A program made the translations under genes and the position numbers. The notes under the pieces were generated by a model, which saw only the letters and a program-made list of their open reading frames with translations, was not told the DNA's origin and searched no databases. A stretch of 60,893 nucleotides of DNA, counting the filler. It is 7 parts of 7 records of this genome, joined end to end, with 100 filler letters (N's around TTAATTAATTAA, not from the genome) between each part and the next. Parts side by side here need not be neighbours in the genome. Positions count along the whole stretch, not along the records: positions 1 to 14,135 come from SRR2962707_1791; 6 more parts are not named here. The stretch is one strand, 5' to 3'. This document shows, in pieces, positions 1-9,299 of the stretch (position 1 is the stretch's first letter; each line of letters begins with the position of its first letter).

Positions 1-1107
1 CAGGATGACGGCGAACCAGTAGGGGTCAAAACCGGCGCTGGTGATGATCGGCAGCAGGATCGGCGCGGTCATCAGGATCACCGCAACCGGCGGCAAGAAG
101 AAGCCGGCGATCAGCAGGAAGACATTGATGATTCCCATCAGCACCCAGCGATTGACCTCGAGATCGGAAATCCAGTTGGCGATGCTCTGGGTAACGAAGG
201 TCGATGACAGGGTGAAGGCGAAGAGTTCGGACGCCGCAATGATCATCATGATCATCACCGATTCCTTGGTCGAATCCCGGAACATCGAGATGAACGGCTT
301 GGCCGAAAACATCTTGTAGACCACGACCACCAGCAGCAGGCAGAACAGTGCGCCGACGCCGGCGGCTTCCGATGGCGTGGCAACGCCGCCGTAAAGCACG
401 AACAGGATGCCTGCGACGATGGCGAGGAACGGCAGCACGCGGGGCAGGATCTCAAGCTTCTGCTTGAGCGAATAATGCTGCGTCACATCCGACAATGTCA
501 GGCCACTGCGCCAGCACGAAAACAGCGTCCAGGCCATGAAAATGGCCGTCAGCATCATGCCCGGGACGACGCCGGCGAGGAACAGCCGGCCGATCGAGGT
601 TTCAGTGGCAATGCCGTAGACAATCATGGTGATGGAGGGCGGAATGAGGATACCAAGCGTGCCGCCGGCGGCGATCGATCCGGCCGAAATCTCGTCCGGA
701 TAACCGCGCTTGCGCATTTCCGGAATGCCCATCTTACCGATGGCCGCACAGGTGGCGGGCGAAGAACCCGACAGTGCCGAAAAAAGCGAGCAAGCGCCGA
801 GATTGGACAGCACCAGACCGCCGGGCACGCGGTTGAGCCAGCGGTCGAGCGCCTCGTAGAGATCTTTGCCGGCCGGGCTGTTGGAGACCGCGGCCCCCAT
901 CAGGATGAACATTGGGATCGAAACCAGCGTGAAGGAATTAAGCCCGGAGAAAAAGGTCTCACCCAGAATATCGAGCGAGCGGAAACCATCGATCAGCAGC
1001 AGGGTTCCGATGGAGACGGCTCCGAGCGCGAAGGCGATGGGCATACCGATGGCGAAAAGCGCAATCAGTACGACGAGAATGAGAAGGCCGATTTCCAGCG
1101 GGCTCAT
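1..1107 (-). CDS. dctM: TRAP transporter large permease (3' end runs off the window)
   Basis: Read manually: MSPLEIGLLILVVLIALFAIGMPIAFALG..., SGSSPATCAAIG, GGTLGILIPPS motifs. ATGA overlap with the dctQ stop. Not in the ORF track because it has no stop in the window. Confidence 0.93.
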   Translation of the reverse strand, partial: MSPLEIGLLILVVLIALFAIGMPIAFALGAVSIGTLLLIDGFRSLDILGETFFSGLNSFTLVSIPMFILMGAAVSNSPAGKDLYEALDRWLNRVPGGLVLSNLGACSLFSALSGSSPATCAAIGKMGIPEMRKRGYPDEISAGSIAAGGTLGILIPPSITMIVYGIATETSIGRLFLAGVVPGMMLTAIFMAWTLFSCWRSGLTLSDVTQHYSLKQKLEILPRVLPFLAIVAGILFVLYGGVATPSEAAGVGALFCLLLVVVVYKMFSAKPFISMFRDSTKESVMIMMIIAASELFAFTLSSTFVTQSIANWISDLEVNRWVLMGIINVFLLIAGFFLPPVAVILMTAPILLPIITSAGFDPYWFAVIL

Positions 1108-1601
1108 GCGGGGCTCTCCTCGGTGGCAGTCCAGTTCTTGTAGATTTCGGCGATGTATTGCAGACACAGGATGCCGACGCCGAGTGGCAGCGGCAGCAGC
1201 GGAATCCACAACGGCAGCGCCCAGACAGTGTCGGTTGTCCAGCCTTTCGATGCCGCTTCATAAAAATAGTGCCATCCGGACCACCCGAGCAGAGCGCAGA
1301 ACGCCAGGCTCAACAGGGCGGCGAGCACATCAAGCAGACGCTTGCCCTTGCCGCCCAGCAGTGTGGGCAGCAGGTCGACCGAAACATGCCCCTTGAGCAT
1401 GAGCACATAGGGCGCGCCGATGAAGGTGGAGGCGATCATGGCGTAGACGACGAACTCGGTCTGCCAGACGGTGGAGGCACCCAGGAAATAGCGAATAAAC
1501 ACCATCTGGGAGACCACAAGCGTGGAGGCGGCGATCAGCAGCATGGACGACAGTCCGCACAGCCGCGACAGCGTCTCGACAATCGAAACAAAGCGTTTCA
1601 T
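1104..1601 (-). CDS. dctQ: TRAP transporter small permease
   Basis: About four TM segments with a GHVSVD motif, between dctP and dctM. ATG at 1601 follows GAGGA; TTG at 1610 is the alternative start. Confidence 0.92.
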   Translation of the reverse strand: MKRFVSIVETLSRLCGLSSMLLIAASTLVVSQMVFIRYFLGASTVWQTEFVVYAMIASTFIGAPYVLMLKGHVSVDLLPTLLGGKGKRLLDVLAALLSLAFCALLGWSGWHYFYEAASKGWTTDTVWALPLWIPLLPLPLGVGILCLQYIAEIYKNWTATEESPA

Positions 1602-1647
1602 TTCAGACAATCCTCGGATCGAAAAAAGGGCAGACCGGGCGGGAAAA

Positions 1648-1665
1648 GGGGAGGCGAACCTCCCC
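1648..1665 (-). terminator. Stem-loop between dctP and dctQ (terminator-like or mRNA stability element)
   Basis: Minus strand GGGGAGG-TTCG-CCTCCCC followed by TTTT. Confidence 0.65.
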
Positions 1666-1676
1666 CGATCCGGTGC

Positions 1677-2669
1677 TTATTCGACGGCGAGCGCGTCGTC
1701 GATCAGCTTCTGGCCACCAGGAACCTTCTCGGCAAATTCCTTGTAGGCAGTCTCCTTGGCGATCGCGAGCCAGGCGTCATAGTCATCCTTCGACATGGAC
1801 ACGACTTCGACGCCGGCCTTCTTGAAGGTGTCGACCATCTTGTCGTCGAGGCCGGCTGCTTCCTTGTCGAAATACTCTTCGGCCTTCTTGCCGGCAGCCA
1901 TGACGGCTGCCTGCTGCTCGGGCGTCAGGCGGTCATAGGTTTCTTTTGAGATCAGCATCGGCTCATACATGAACCAGAGCGAGTTTTCGCCCGGCTCTGT
2001 CAGGCAGGTGACCTGCTCGTAGATGCGGTAGGAAACGAACGACCCCGACGAAGTGTTGGTGGCGTCAAGCACGCCGGTCTGCATGCCAGTGTAGATTTCT
2101 GATGAGGCCATCGAGGAAATCGATGCGCCAGCGCCAACCAGCATCTGCTCGAATGCAGGACCAGCAGCGCGGGTGACCTGACCCTTGATGGTGTCGGGCG
2201 AGGTGATGCAGGCTTTTTTCGAAGCGAATGCACCGCCGAGCCAGGCGTCAGCAATGACGATGGCGCCATTGTCTTCGATCAGCTTCTTAATTTCAGTCAT
2301 GAAGGGCGACGAATTGAGCCGCTTGGCGCGGTCATGGTTGCGCACCAGGCCCGGCATCAGGGTTGCCGAGAACTGCGGTACGCGGCCCGAAGCGTAGTCG
2401 AGCGGGAACGAGGTGATGTCGAGCTGACCCTTGGTCAGCGCGCCCCACTGCTCTTTCGCCTTGTAGAGCGACTGGCCCGGATAGACCTGAACATCCAGAC
2501 CAACATTGGCCGCGGCCAATTCCTTGGCGAACAGCTGAACCATTTCATCACGGGCGTCGCCCTTGCCGCCCGGAAACTGGTGCGATGCCTTGAGTGTTTC
2601 GGCCTGCGCGAGACCGGCAAAGGCGATGGATGCGGCCAATACGCCTGCAAACGCTGTTGTTAGTTTCAT
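1677..2669 (-). CDS. dctP: TRAP substrate-binding protein
   Basis: Signal peptide MKLTTAFAGVLAASIAFAGLAQA, SEIYTGMQTGVLDA motif, RBS GGGAGG upstream of the ATG at 2669. Confidence 0.93.
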   Translation of the reverse strand: MKLTTAFAGVLAASIAFAGLAQAETLKASHQFPGGKGDARDEMVQLFAKELAAANVGLDVQVYPGQSLYKAKEQWGALTKGQLDITSFPLDYASGRVPQFSATLMPGLVRNHDRAKRLNSSPFMTEIKKLIEDNGAIVIADAWLGGAFASKKACITSPDTIKGQVTRAAGPAFEQMLVGAGASISSMASSEIYTGMQTGVLDATNTSSGSFVSYRIYEQVTCLTEPGENSLWFMYEPMLISKETYDRLTPEQQAAVMAAGKKAEEYFDKEAAGLDDKMVDTFKKAGVEVVSMSKDDYDAWLAIAKETAYKEFAEKVPGGQKLIDDALAVE

Positions 2670-2758
2670 GTCTTCCTCCCAGAAAAATGTGCTCGCAGAA
2701 CCTCCTCCGGCTCTGGCAACGACAGAAGGGACCATTTTTGGGATGCAATGTCAAACCG

Positions 2759-2770
2759 CTTGTATACAAG
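2759..2770. promoter_or_regulatory. GntR-family operator palindrome
   Basis: Perfect palindrome CTTGTATACAAG in the divergent dctP/gntR intergenic region; fits the GT-N-AC GntR-type core. Confidence 0.7.
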
Positions 2771-2814
2771 AATAATGAATTTGCATTTCGGTGCAGATTG
2801 GAGATGATGGAATC

Positions 2815-3483
2815 ATGGGCACACGCATTGCAGATTCCGTTCGCGAGCGCATTGAGCAGATGATCGTCACCGGCGAGTTCGCTGATGGCGAGCGTCTTGA
2901 TGAAGTCAAGCTTGCCGAACAGTTCGGGGTGTCGCGGACACCGCTGCGCGAGGCGTTCCAGTCGCTGGCGGCCTCGGGCCTGCTGACGCTTGAAGCCCGC
3001 CGCGGCGCCTTCATCCGCCACCCGGATTTTGTCGAACTGGTGGAAATGTTCGAAGTCATGGCCGAGATAGAGGCCATGTGCGGTTTCCGCGCGGCCCGCC
3101 ATGTCACCGAAAGCCAGATGGTTGCCATCGGCAAGACAATCGAGAACTGTGAAACCGCTATCTCTGCGGGCGATTTCGACGAGTATTACCGGGAGAACGA
3201 GAAATTCCACCACCTGGTCTACGAGGCCAGCGGCAACCGCTTCCTGGCCGGCGAGGCGCGGCGGCTGCACAAGCGGCTGCAGCCCTACCGGCGCCTGCAA
3301 CTGCGCGCCAACGGCCGCATGCCGCAATCAATGCGCGAGCACCGGGACGTGTTTGCGGCACTCGAACGCAACGACCCCAAGGCCGCCGCCGCAGCACTGC
3401 GCCAGCACGTCGCCATCCAGGGCGAACGCTTCAACGACCTGATGGCCAGCTACCGGCAGATGGCAGCGCTCAAGACCGGATGA
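2815..3483 (+). CDS. GntR family (FCD) transcriptional regulator
   Basis: wHTH LAEQFGVSRTPLREA; FCD domain NEKFHHLVYEASGN...EH. Confidence 0.93.
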   Translation: MGTRIADSVRERIEQMIVTGEFADGERLDEVKLAEQFGVSRTPLREAFQSLAASGLLTLEARRGAFIRHPDFVELVEMFEVMAEIEAMCGFRAARHVTESQMVAIGKTIENCETAISAGDFDEYYRENEKFHHLVYEASGNRFLAGEARRLHKRLQPYRRLQLRANGRMPQSMREHRDVFAALERNDPKAAAAALRQHVAIQGERFNDLMASYRQMAALKTG

Positions 3484-3502
3484 CCAGCCTTTCCCGGAGC
3501 GA

Positions 3503-4729
3503 TCACTGGGTCGCAATTTGCGGGAGCGTCAAAATCCGGTTTGCATCCCAGCCCATATCGATTGCAGAGCTGACAATGGCGTCGGCGCTCATATAGGAGC
3601 AGATGATGAGACTGTCGCCAACATCAGCGGGCGAAGGTTTCTCAACGGGGATACCGCTCACTTTCAGGCCCGACTTTCCGGGGTTCATGTCGAACAACCT
3701 AACCCGGGTGGTGTCGAAATCGAGCATCTTAAGGCGTGACCACAAGGCGAAGAATTCAAGCCCGATGCCCCAGAAGGCGATTGCATCACCCTGCTTCATG
3801 ACGGTTCTTGCGATGGCGTCGATCTTCTTTTGCTCCGCCTCGAAGAAGTGCTGAAAATCAAATTCGCGTGTGGGCAACTCCACTGCCGTTCCGGCATCCG
3901 CTGCCTGAGAACCAGATGCCCTCCGGGCCGTGAAAATGAGTGATGGGTAATTCACTCCATTGCGCATCGGGAACTGGTTTCTGGCGATACTGGTAACCGT
4001 AAAACCGTTCTTGCCAAGCAGCTCGGCCATTGCGTGTGGTGTGAAATGGTTGAGATGCTCCTGAAGAGACAGCCAGAACATCGGGCCGACATAGCAGCCG
4101 TCATCGCCATATTGCTGCGTATCTGGAACCTCGATGATTATGGATCCATCCGCCTTCAGGACGCGGCGGGTCTCCGTGAACAGCTTGCTCAACTCATCAA
4201 TGTGCTCGACGACATGGATGTAGGACAACAAATCGAAACTGCTGTCGTCGAAGGGGAGCGAAAACACACCGCCGACCTCGACATCCAGCCCGTTCGCCTT
4301 GGCCAGTTCGATCGATCTTGTGTCGACATCGACACCCTTGGCGGTGATGTTCGCTGAGTTCTGCCTGAGAAATTGGAGAAATCCGCCGCGAGAGCACCCG
4401 ACGTCGAGATAGTGCTTGGTGGAATCGTCGGGCAACAGCTTGGCGTAATAGCTGTACCGAAAGCGATCCTCTTCCGAGCTGCCACCAACACCGGGACCAG
4501 ACAGCGAAGAATAGAGAATGAATTCCGCGTAGTGGTCCAGAATAACTTCATCAGTCAGGCCACTATCCATATGAACGAAGCCGCAATTGCTGCACAGGAA
4601 CACGTTGGCTTCGTGCGAGAAAACAGACCCGTCAAAATCACACTTGTCAAACGTACCCACACGGATGACGGGTTCCCCGCAACATTTGCAATTATTTTCC
4701 AGGCTTGTATTTATGCTCTCGTTCGTCAA
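3503..4729 (-). CDS. Class I SAM methyltransferase with N-terminal Zn-type CxxC pairs and C-terminal Rossmann-like domain (NDP-sugar C-methyltransferase-like)
   Basis: CKCC...CSNC; LDVGCSRG SAM motif; HVVEH; IEVPD; EHLNHF; C-terminal IAFWGIG. TTG start. Confidence 0.8.
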   Translation of the reverse strand: MTNESINTSLENNCKCCGEPVIRVGTFDKCDFDGSVFSHEANVFLCSNCGFVHMDSGLTDEVILDHYAEFILYSSLSGPGVGGSSEEDRFRYSYYAKLLPDDSTKHYLDVGCSRGGFLQFLRQNSANITAKGVDVDTRSIELAKANGLDVEVGGVFSLPFDDSSFDLLSYIHVVEHIDELSKLFTETRRVLKADGSIIIEVPDTQQYGDDGCYVGPMFWLSLQEHLNHFTPHAMAELLGKNGFTVTSIARNQFPMRNGVNYPSLIFTARRASGSQAADAGTAVELPTREFDFQHFFEAEQKKIDAIARTVMKQGDAIAFWGIGLEFFALWSRLKMLDFDTTRVRLFDMNPGKSGLKVSGIPVEKPSPADVGDSLIICSYMSADAIVSSAIDMGWDANRILTLPQIATQ

Positions 4730-5119
4730 GGGGAAATCCTATCTGGCCATCAGTGTTATTTGGGTCTTATGTCATTAACCGGCTAGCATCCATAGGTGCG
4801 CCCGGCAAAAGCCCGGTTTTCGGCGGATCCAGACAGGATCTCCCCAATCAATTTCATGGCCAAACGGCGGACCCTTGCCGCCAGTTTCGCGAAAGCCCAG
4901 GGCTTTAAGAAAGCAACGAGTCTTTGGAGGTTTCACAGTATTCTGCCGCTCGCTCCCGGCCATGCCCATGCCGAAAGCAATAGCCATAGCGCTGAAATCC
5001 GAGTTACTGGCTGCTGGAAGCCGACCTTTATGGCGTTCACTCGTCATTTTTAGCTATTGTTAAAGGTTCGCACCACGGCAAAGCTGAAGCGAATCACTGA
5101 ATAACGGGAAAACAACACC

Positions 5120-6190
5120 ATGCGCCTCGATCTTGAGCGAAAAATTCAACCGCGAATCGAAGCTGCGCGAACAAGACTTGGCGAAGTCGTTCCGCTTTTC
5201 ACGCCCTATGTCGTTTTCATCGACCCATCCAGCGCCTGCAATTTCAAATGCACGTTCTGCCCAACAGGCGACCGCGAGCTGATCAAATCGACAGGGCGCT
5301 ACCAGGGGAACCTTTCGCTCGGCGAGTATCACAAGGTGATTTCCGACATCGCGGAATTCGATGATCAGCTGAAGGTGTTGCGTCTGTACAAGGACGGCGA
5401 GCCGCTGCTGAACAAAAACCTGCCGGAAATGATCCGCATCGCAAGAGATTCCGGCGTCGCCAAGGTGATCGACACGACAACCAACGGCTATCTGCTCAGC
5501 GGCGCCATGGGCGAGAAACTGATCGACGCCGGGCTCAACCGCATCAACATTTCAATCGACGGCCTGGATGCCGAGCAGTTCATGAAGTTCGCCAAGGCGA
5601 AGGTCGACATGCCGAGCTTCATCCAGAACATCAAGGATTTCTATTCGGTCTCGGGCGATTGCGACGTGGTCATCAAGACCACCTCGGAGATCATCGGCAA
5701 GGAAAGCCATGACCGGTTCTACGACATCTTCGGCGACCACTGCGACCGGATCTTTGTCGAGAACACCTCGCCTTGCTGGCCTGATTTCGATGTCGAAGAA
5801 CGCATGAACATCAAGATCACCACCGGGCTCTATGGCAACGAGATCGAGGACGTATCGGTCTGCCCTTATCTGTTCTATTCGATCTCGGTGAATTCTGACC
5901 TTTCAATCAGCGCCTGCTTCGTTGACTGGTCGCGCGGGCTGGCTGTCGGCACGTTGCGGGAGAAAAGCCTGAAGGACATCTGGACCGGACCCGAAATGCA
6001 ATCGCACCGCTTGGCGCATCTGCAGGGGCTGCGCAAGAATCACAAGGTCTGCGGCAGTTGCAGCCAGGTCACGCATTGCAAGGCCGACAATGTAGACGCC
6101 GACAAGGATAAGATGCTGGATGCCTTCGGCGTGTTGCCGGATTCGTTTTTCAGCCAGACGGTTCTCGAGGAGTATGAACGTGGGCATTGA
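5120..6190 (+). CDS. Radical SAM protein with SPASM/twitch domain (paralogue 1)
   Basis: CNFKCTFC; GEPLLN; TTTNG; C-terminal CPYLF...C...CGSC...C. Confidence 0.92.
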   Translation: MRLDLERKIQPRIEAARTRLGEVVPLFTPYVVFIDPSSACNFKCTFCPTGDRELIKSTGRYQGNLSLGEYHKVISDIAEFDDQLKVLRLYKDGEPLLNKNLPEMIRIARDSGVAKVIDTTTNGYLLSGAMGEKLIDAGLNRINISIDGLDAEQFMKFAKAKVDMPSFIQNIKDFYSVSGDCDVVIKTTSEIIGKESHDRFYDIFGDHCDRIFVENTSPCWPDFDVEERMNIKITTGLYGNEIEDVSVCPYLFYSISVNSDLSISACFVDWSRGLAVGTLREKSLKDIWTGPEMQSHRLAHLQGLRKNHKVCGSCSQVTHCKADNVDADKDKMLDAFGVLPDSFFSQTVLEEYERGH

Positions 6191-7199
6191 ACTGGACGCA
6201 TCGAAGGTCTTCATGCTGCCCAAGGCGTATCCGCGTGAACCGCTGGGCAACCTGCTGCCGCTTCCCAATCCGATTTCCCTGCAGATCGACCCGGCATCGC
6301 TGTGCAATTTCAAATGTTCCTTCTGCCCTACCGGCGATCCGCACCTGATCAAGAAGTCCGGCCGCGCCCAGATGTTCATGAAGATGGAACTTTACGAAAA
6401 GATCATGGCTGACATCGCCGGCTTCGAGCGGAATTTGAAGGTCTTGAAGCTGTTCAAGGACGGCGAGCCGATGCTCAACCCGAATTTCCTCGAGATGGTG
6501 CGCGCCGCCAAGAGGATCGGCAAGATCGACCGGGTCGAGACCACTACGAACGGCTCGAAGCTCGGACCCGGCTTCAATGAGGCACTTGTCGAGTCTGGCA
6601 TCGATCGCATTGTGCTCTCGATCGAGGGCGTGACATCGGAACGCTACCTGAAATTCGCGCGGGTGAAGTTCGACTTCGATGCCTTTGTCGAAAAGGTTCG
6701 CCATCTGCACTCGATCAAGGGCGACCTCAAGATCCATGTAAAGACCGTTGCCCAGAATCTCGATTACAGCATTGGCGAAGACCAGTTGTTCTTCGACACT
6801 TTCGGCCCGCTTTCCGACGGGATCTTCATCGAGAACACCGTCTCAAGCTGGCCGCAGTTTGCTGTTGAAGGCGCGGTTGACAAGGATGTCGATGCCTATG
6901 GCCGCGAGACTGTGCACAAGGACATATGCCCGTACCTGTTTTATTCGCTGTCCATCAATGCGGACGGTATTGTCAGCCCCTGCTGTGTTGACTGGAACCG
7001 CGAACTTGCCATCGGCAACCTGGTCAATGAGAGCATCATGGACGTCTGGAACGGCGAAAAGCTTCGCAACCTGCGCCATCAGCATGTGTATGGCGGGCTC
7101 GCCACGGTTCCGTCCTGCGGTTCATGCGGCCAGGTCCACGCCTGCACCCATGACAACCTCGACGGACACCGGGAAGAATTGAAGAAACAATTGCCATGA
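6174..7199 (+). CDS. Radical SAM protein with SPASM/twitch domain (paralogue 2)
   Basis: CNFKCSFC; GEPMLN; TTTNG; CPYLF...CC...CGSC...C. Start is ATG 6174 or GTG 6180 after GAGGAG; overlaps the paralogue 1 stop. Confidence 0.92.
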   Translation: MNVGIELDASKVFMLPKAYPREPLGNLLPLPNPISLQIDPASLCNFKCSFCPTGDPHLIKKSGRAQMFMKMELYEKIMADIAGFERNLKVLKLFKDGEPMLNPNFLEMVRAAKRIGKIDRVETTTNGSKLGPGFNEALVESGIDRIVLSIEGVTSERYLKFARVKFDFDAFVEKVRHLHSIKGDLKIHVKTVAQNLDYSIGEDQLFFDTFGPLSDGIFIENTVSSWPQFAVEGAVDKDVDAYGRETVHKDICPYLFYSLSINADGIVSPCCVDWNRELAIGNLVNESIMDVWNGEKLRNLRHQHVYGGLATVPSCGSCGQVHACTHDNLDGHREELKKQLP

Positions 7200-8299
7200 T
7201 GCCGACAGAAGGGCGCATCACGGAAGCGCTTTCACACGCTCCATTCGCCCTGATCGGAGCGGGACAACTGGGCGAGATGACACTGGCGCTCTGGCCACCC
7301 GAGCTGGAGCGGCCCGCCTTCGTGCTCGACTCGGTGCGGCGGGATCCGATTGGCGGCATCGAGGTGCGGCCGTTGCAGGGTCACGAGCCGGTGCCCGGCG
7401 CGACATATCTGCTGAGCGCCTTCAAAATGCCTGCAGACGAGGTTCGCGGCATCTTCCGGGCACTTGGGCAGCCCTCTATCCTGACCGCCTACGATCTGTT
7501 CGAACACACCATGCCCGAGCTGTTTTCCAACGGCTGGCGCGACCTGTCGCCGAGCGAAGCCACGATGCAACGTCTCGAGCGTCTGCCTGGGCTGTTCGCC
7601 GACGAATTGTCCGCCCGGATTTGCCGGTCAGTCGAAGCATGGCGCTACCGCCGCGACCTGCTGAGCGATTACCCGGTCGCCCCGGAGGCTGACAAATATG
7701 ATCTCAGCCTGATGGGACGGGGTGGCATGCATTATGACGTGGTCTATGACTGCGGTTCCTTCGATCTCGGTTTGCTGGACAGCTTGCGCAAGGCGCAGGT
7801 GAGCTTCGGATCTATGATCGCCTTCGAGCCTGACCCGCGCAATCGCCAGCGGTGCGTTGCCAGAATCAATGAAATGGACTCGGAGCTGGCCGGCAGGATC
7901 AGTGTCGATCCGCGCGCCTTGCACGACCAAGCGGGTTTCCAGCCCTTCGTTGCCAACGGCCAATTGTCGGCGCGGATCGTTCCGGATTCACTTGCCACGC
8001 ATCCCGACCACATTTCGGTGGAGTGCTGCACGCTCGATGCGGTGCATGCCGCGCTGCCCGGCGAAAGCGACCGCGTGCTGATCAAACTCCACATCGAAGG
8101 GTCCGAGCCGTCCGCCCTTGCCGGCGCAATGCAGCTGATAACCGAGACCCGCTCCGACGTGTTGATCAACATGTCCCATGATGAACGGTCGTTGCTGGAA
8201 ATTCCGGACGTTCTTGCCGCCACCGGGCGGTTCGACATCTTTCTCAGATCTCACTCGCTCTTTGGTGAAGGCTTGACGCTTTTTGCCCGTCACAGGTGA
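7196..8299 (+). CDS. FkbM family methyltransferase with N-terminal Rossmann-like domain
   Basis: LIGAGQLG; VYDCGSFDLG; AFEPDP; TLD...LIKLHIEGSE (FkbM KxDxEGxE variant). ATGA overlap with the upstream gene. Confidence 0.8.
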   Translation: MMPTEGRITEALSHAPFALIGAGQLGEMTLALWPPELERPAFVLDSVRRDPIGGIEVRPLQGHEPVPGATYLLSAFKMPADEVRGIFRALGQPSILTAYDLFEHTMPELFSNGWRDLSPSEATMQRLERLPGLFADELSARICRSVEAWRYRRDLLSDYPVAPEADKYDLSLMGRGGMHYDVVYDCGSFDLGLLDSLRKAQVSFGSMIAFEPDPRNRQRCVARINEMDSELAGRISVDPRALHDQAGFQPFVANGQLSARIVPDSLATHPDHISVECCTLDAVHAALPGESDRVLIKLHIEGSEPSALAGAMQLITETRSDVLINMSHDERSLLEIPDVLAATGRFDIFLRSHSLFGEGLTLFARHR

Positions 8300-8347
8300 A
8301 AGCAAAGCAACGCCCAAAGCGTGGATTGCACAACAGGAATGAACGAC

Positions 8348-9106
8348 ATGGATTTTGCTTCGAAACGCTCGGATCTGGCTGAGCGGAACTGGAACGACCC
8401 GGCCTGCCGTGCCGCCGTTCAGCAATGGCACGACGCAAGCCGGACCTTCGACTACCAGTATATGTTCCAGTGGCTCGGTCTGCCTATCATTCAGGATCCG
8501 CAAGACATCAGCGCGCTGCAGGAAGTGATCTGGCGTGTGAAGCCCGATATGATCATCGAAACCGGCATTGCACGCGGCGGCTCGCTGGTGCTCTCGGCAA
8601 GCATCCTTGCATCAATCAGCTACGGTGAATTGTTGCGCACCGGTACGCCCAAGCCACGGAAGGTCATCGGCGTCGATATCGACATCCGGGCCCATAACCG
8701 CGAGGCGATCGAAAGCCACGAGCTGGCGCCGATGATCACGCTCATCCAGGGGTCGTCCATCGATACAGAAACCGTTGACCAGGTGAAGCAAGCCACCGGC
8801 AATGCCGACAAGGTGCTGGTTTTTCTCGATTCGCATCACAGCCGGGACCATGTCCTGGAAGAGCTCAGGCTTTATGCTCCATTCGTCGGCGAAGGCTCGG
8901 CAATCATGGTGCTCGATACCGGGATCGAATACGCGCCGGAAGACAGCTTCAACGTCACGCGCCCCTGGGGGCCGGGAAACAGTCCTTTGACGGCCGTCAA
9001 TGACTTCCTGGCGTCCGATGCCGGGGCGGGATTTGCCAAGGACCGTTCCATCGAGAAACGCCATCTGCTCAGTTGCGCCCCGGAGGGACTGCTGGTTCGA
9101 AGCTGA
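8348..9106 (+). CDS. CmcI family (cephalosporin hydroxylase / rhamnosyl O-methyltransferase-like) protein
   Basis: WLGLPIIQDPQD, VKPDMIIETGIARGGSL, IGVDIDIR, GSSID, VFLDSHHSRDHVLEEL, DTGIE, PWGPGNSP. Confidence 0.9.
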   Translation: MDFASKRSDLAERNWNDPACRAAVQQWHDASRTFDYQYMFQWLGLPIIQDPQDISALQEVIWRVKPDMIIETGIARGGSLVLSASILASISYGELLRTGTPKPRKVIGVDIDIRAHNREAIESHELAPMITLIQGSSIDTETVDQVKQATGNADKVLVFLDSHHSRDHVLEELRLYAPFVGEGSAIMVLDTGIEYAPEDSFNVTRPWGPGNSPLTAVNDFLASDAGAGFAKDRSIEKRHLLSCAPEGLLVRS

Positions 9107-9166
9107 GGACTCTCCGGCACATGACTGTGTCGATATTCGGGGCCATCCCATGCAAGCCCGGATGGG

Positions 9167-9189
9167 TGCTATAATGCACACATGTGCAT
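9167..9189 (+). promoter_or_regulatory. Extended -10 promoter with overlapping inverted repeat upstream of the B12 radical SAM gene
   Basis: TGCTATAAT at 9167-9175; ATGCACA-CA-TGTGCAT at 9174-9189. Confidence 0.5.
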
Positions 9190-9299
9190 AAAAGTTTGGG
9201 ACAAGGTATTCTATGTAGTAGTTTGAGTGCGTGAACTAAATCATTCGATTGGCTGGTCCGTCCGCGAAGGACTGATAGCGAGAAAAGTTGGTAGGCGAC

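Noticed and set aside
4775-5063. Small ORFs upstream of the SPASM enzymes as a possible RiPP precursor
   Set aside because: No RBS, no leader/core pattern, no RRE, peptidase or transporter in the cluster; neighbours are sugar-type enzymes. The region is better explained as a divergent promoter.
8348-9106. Beta-lactam (cephamycin) biosynthesis implied by the CmcI family name
   Set aside because: No other beta-lactam genes are present; the family includes SAM-dependent sugar O-methyltransferases.
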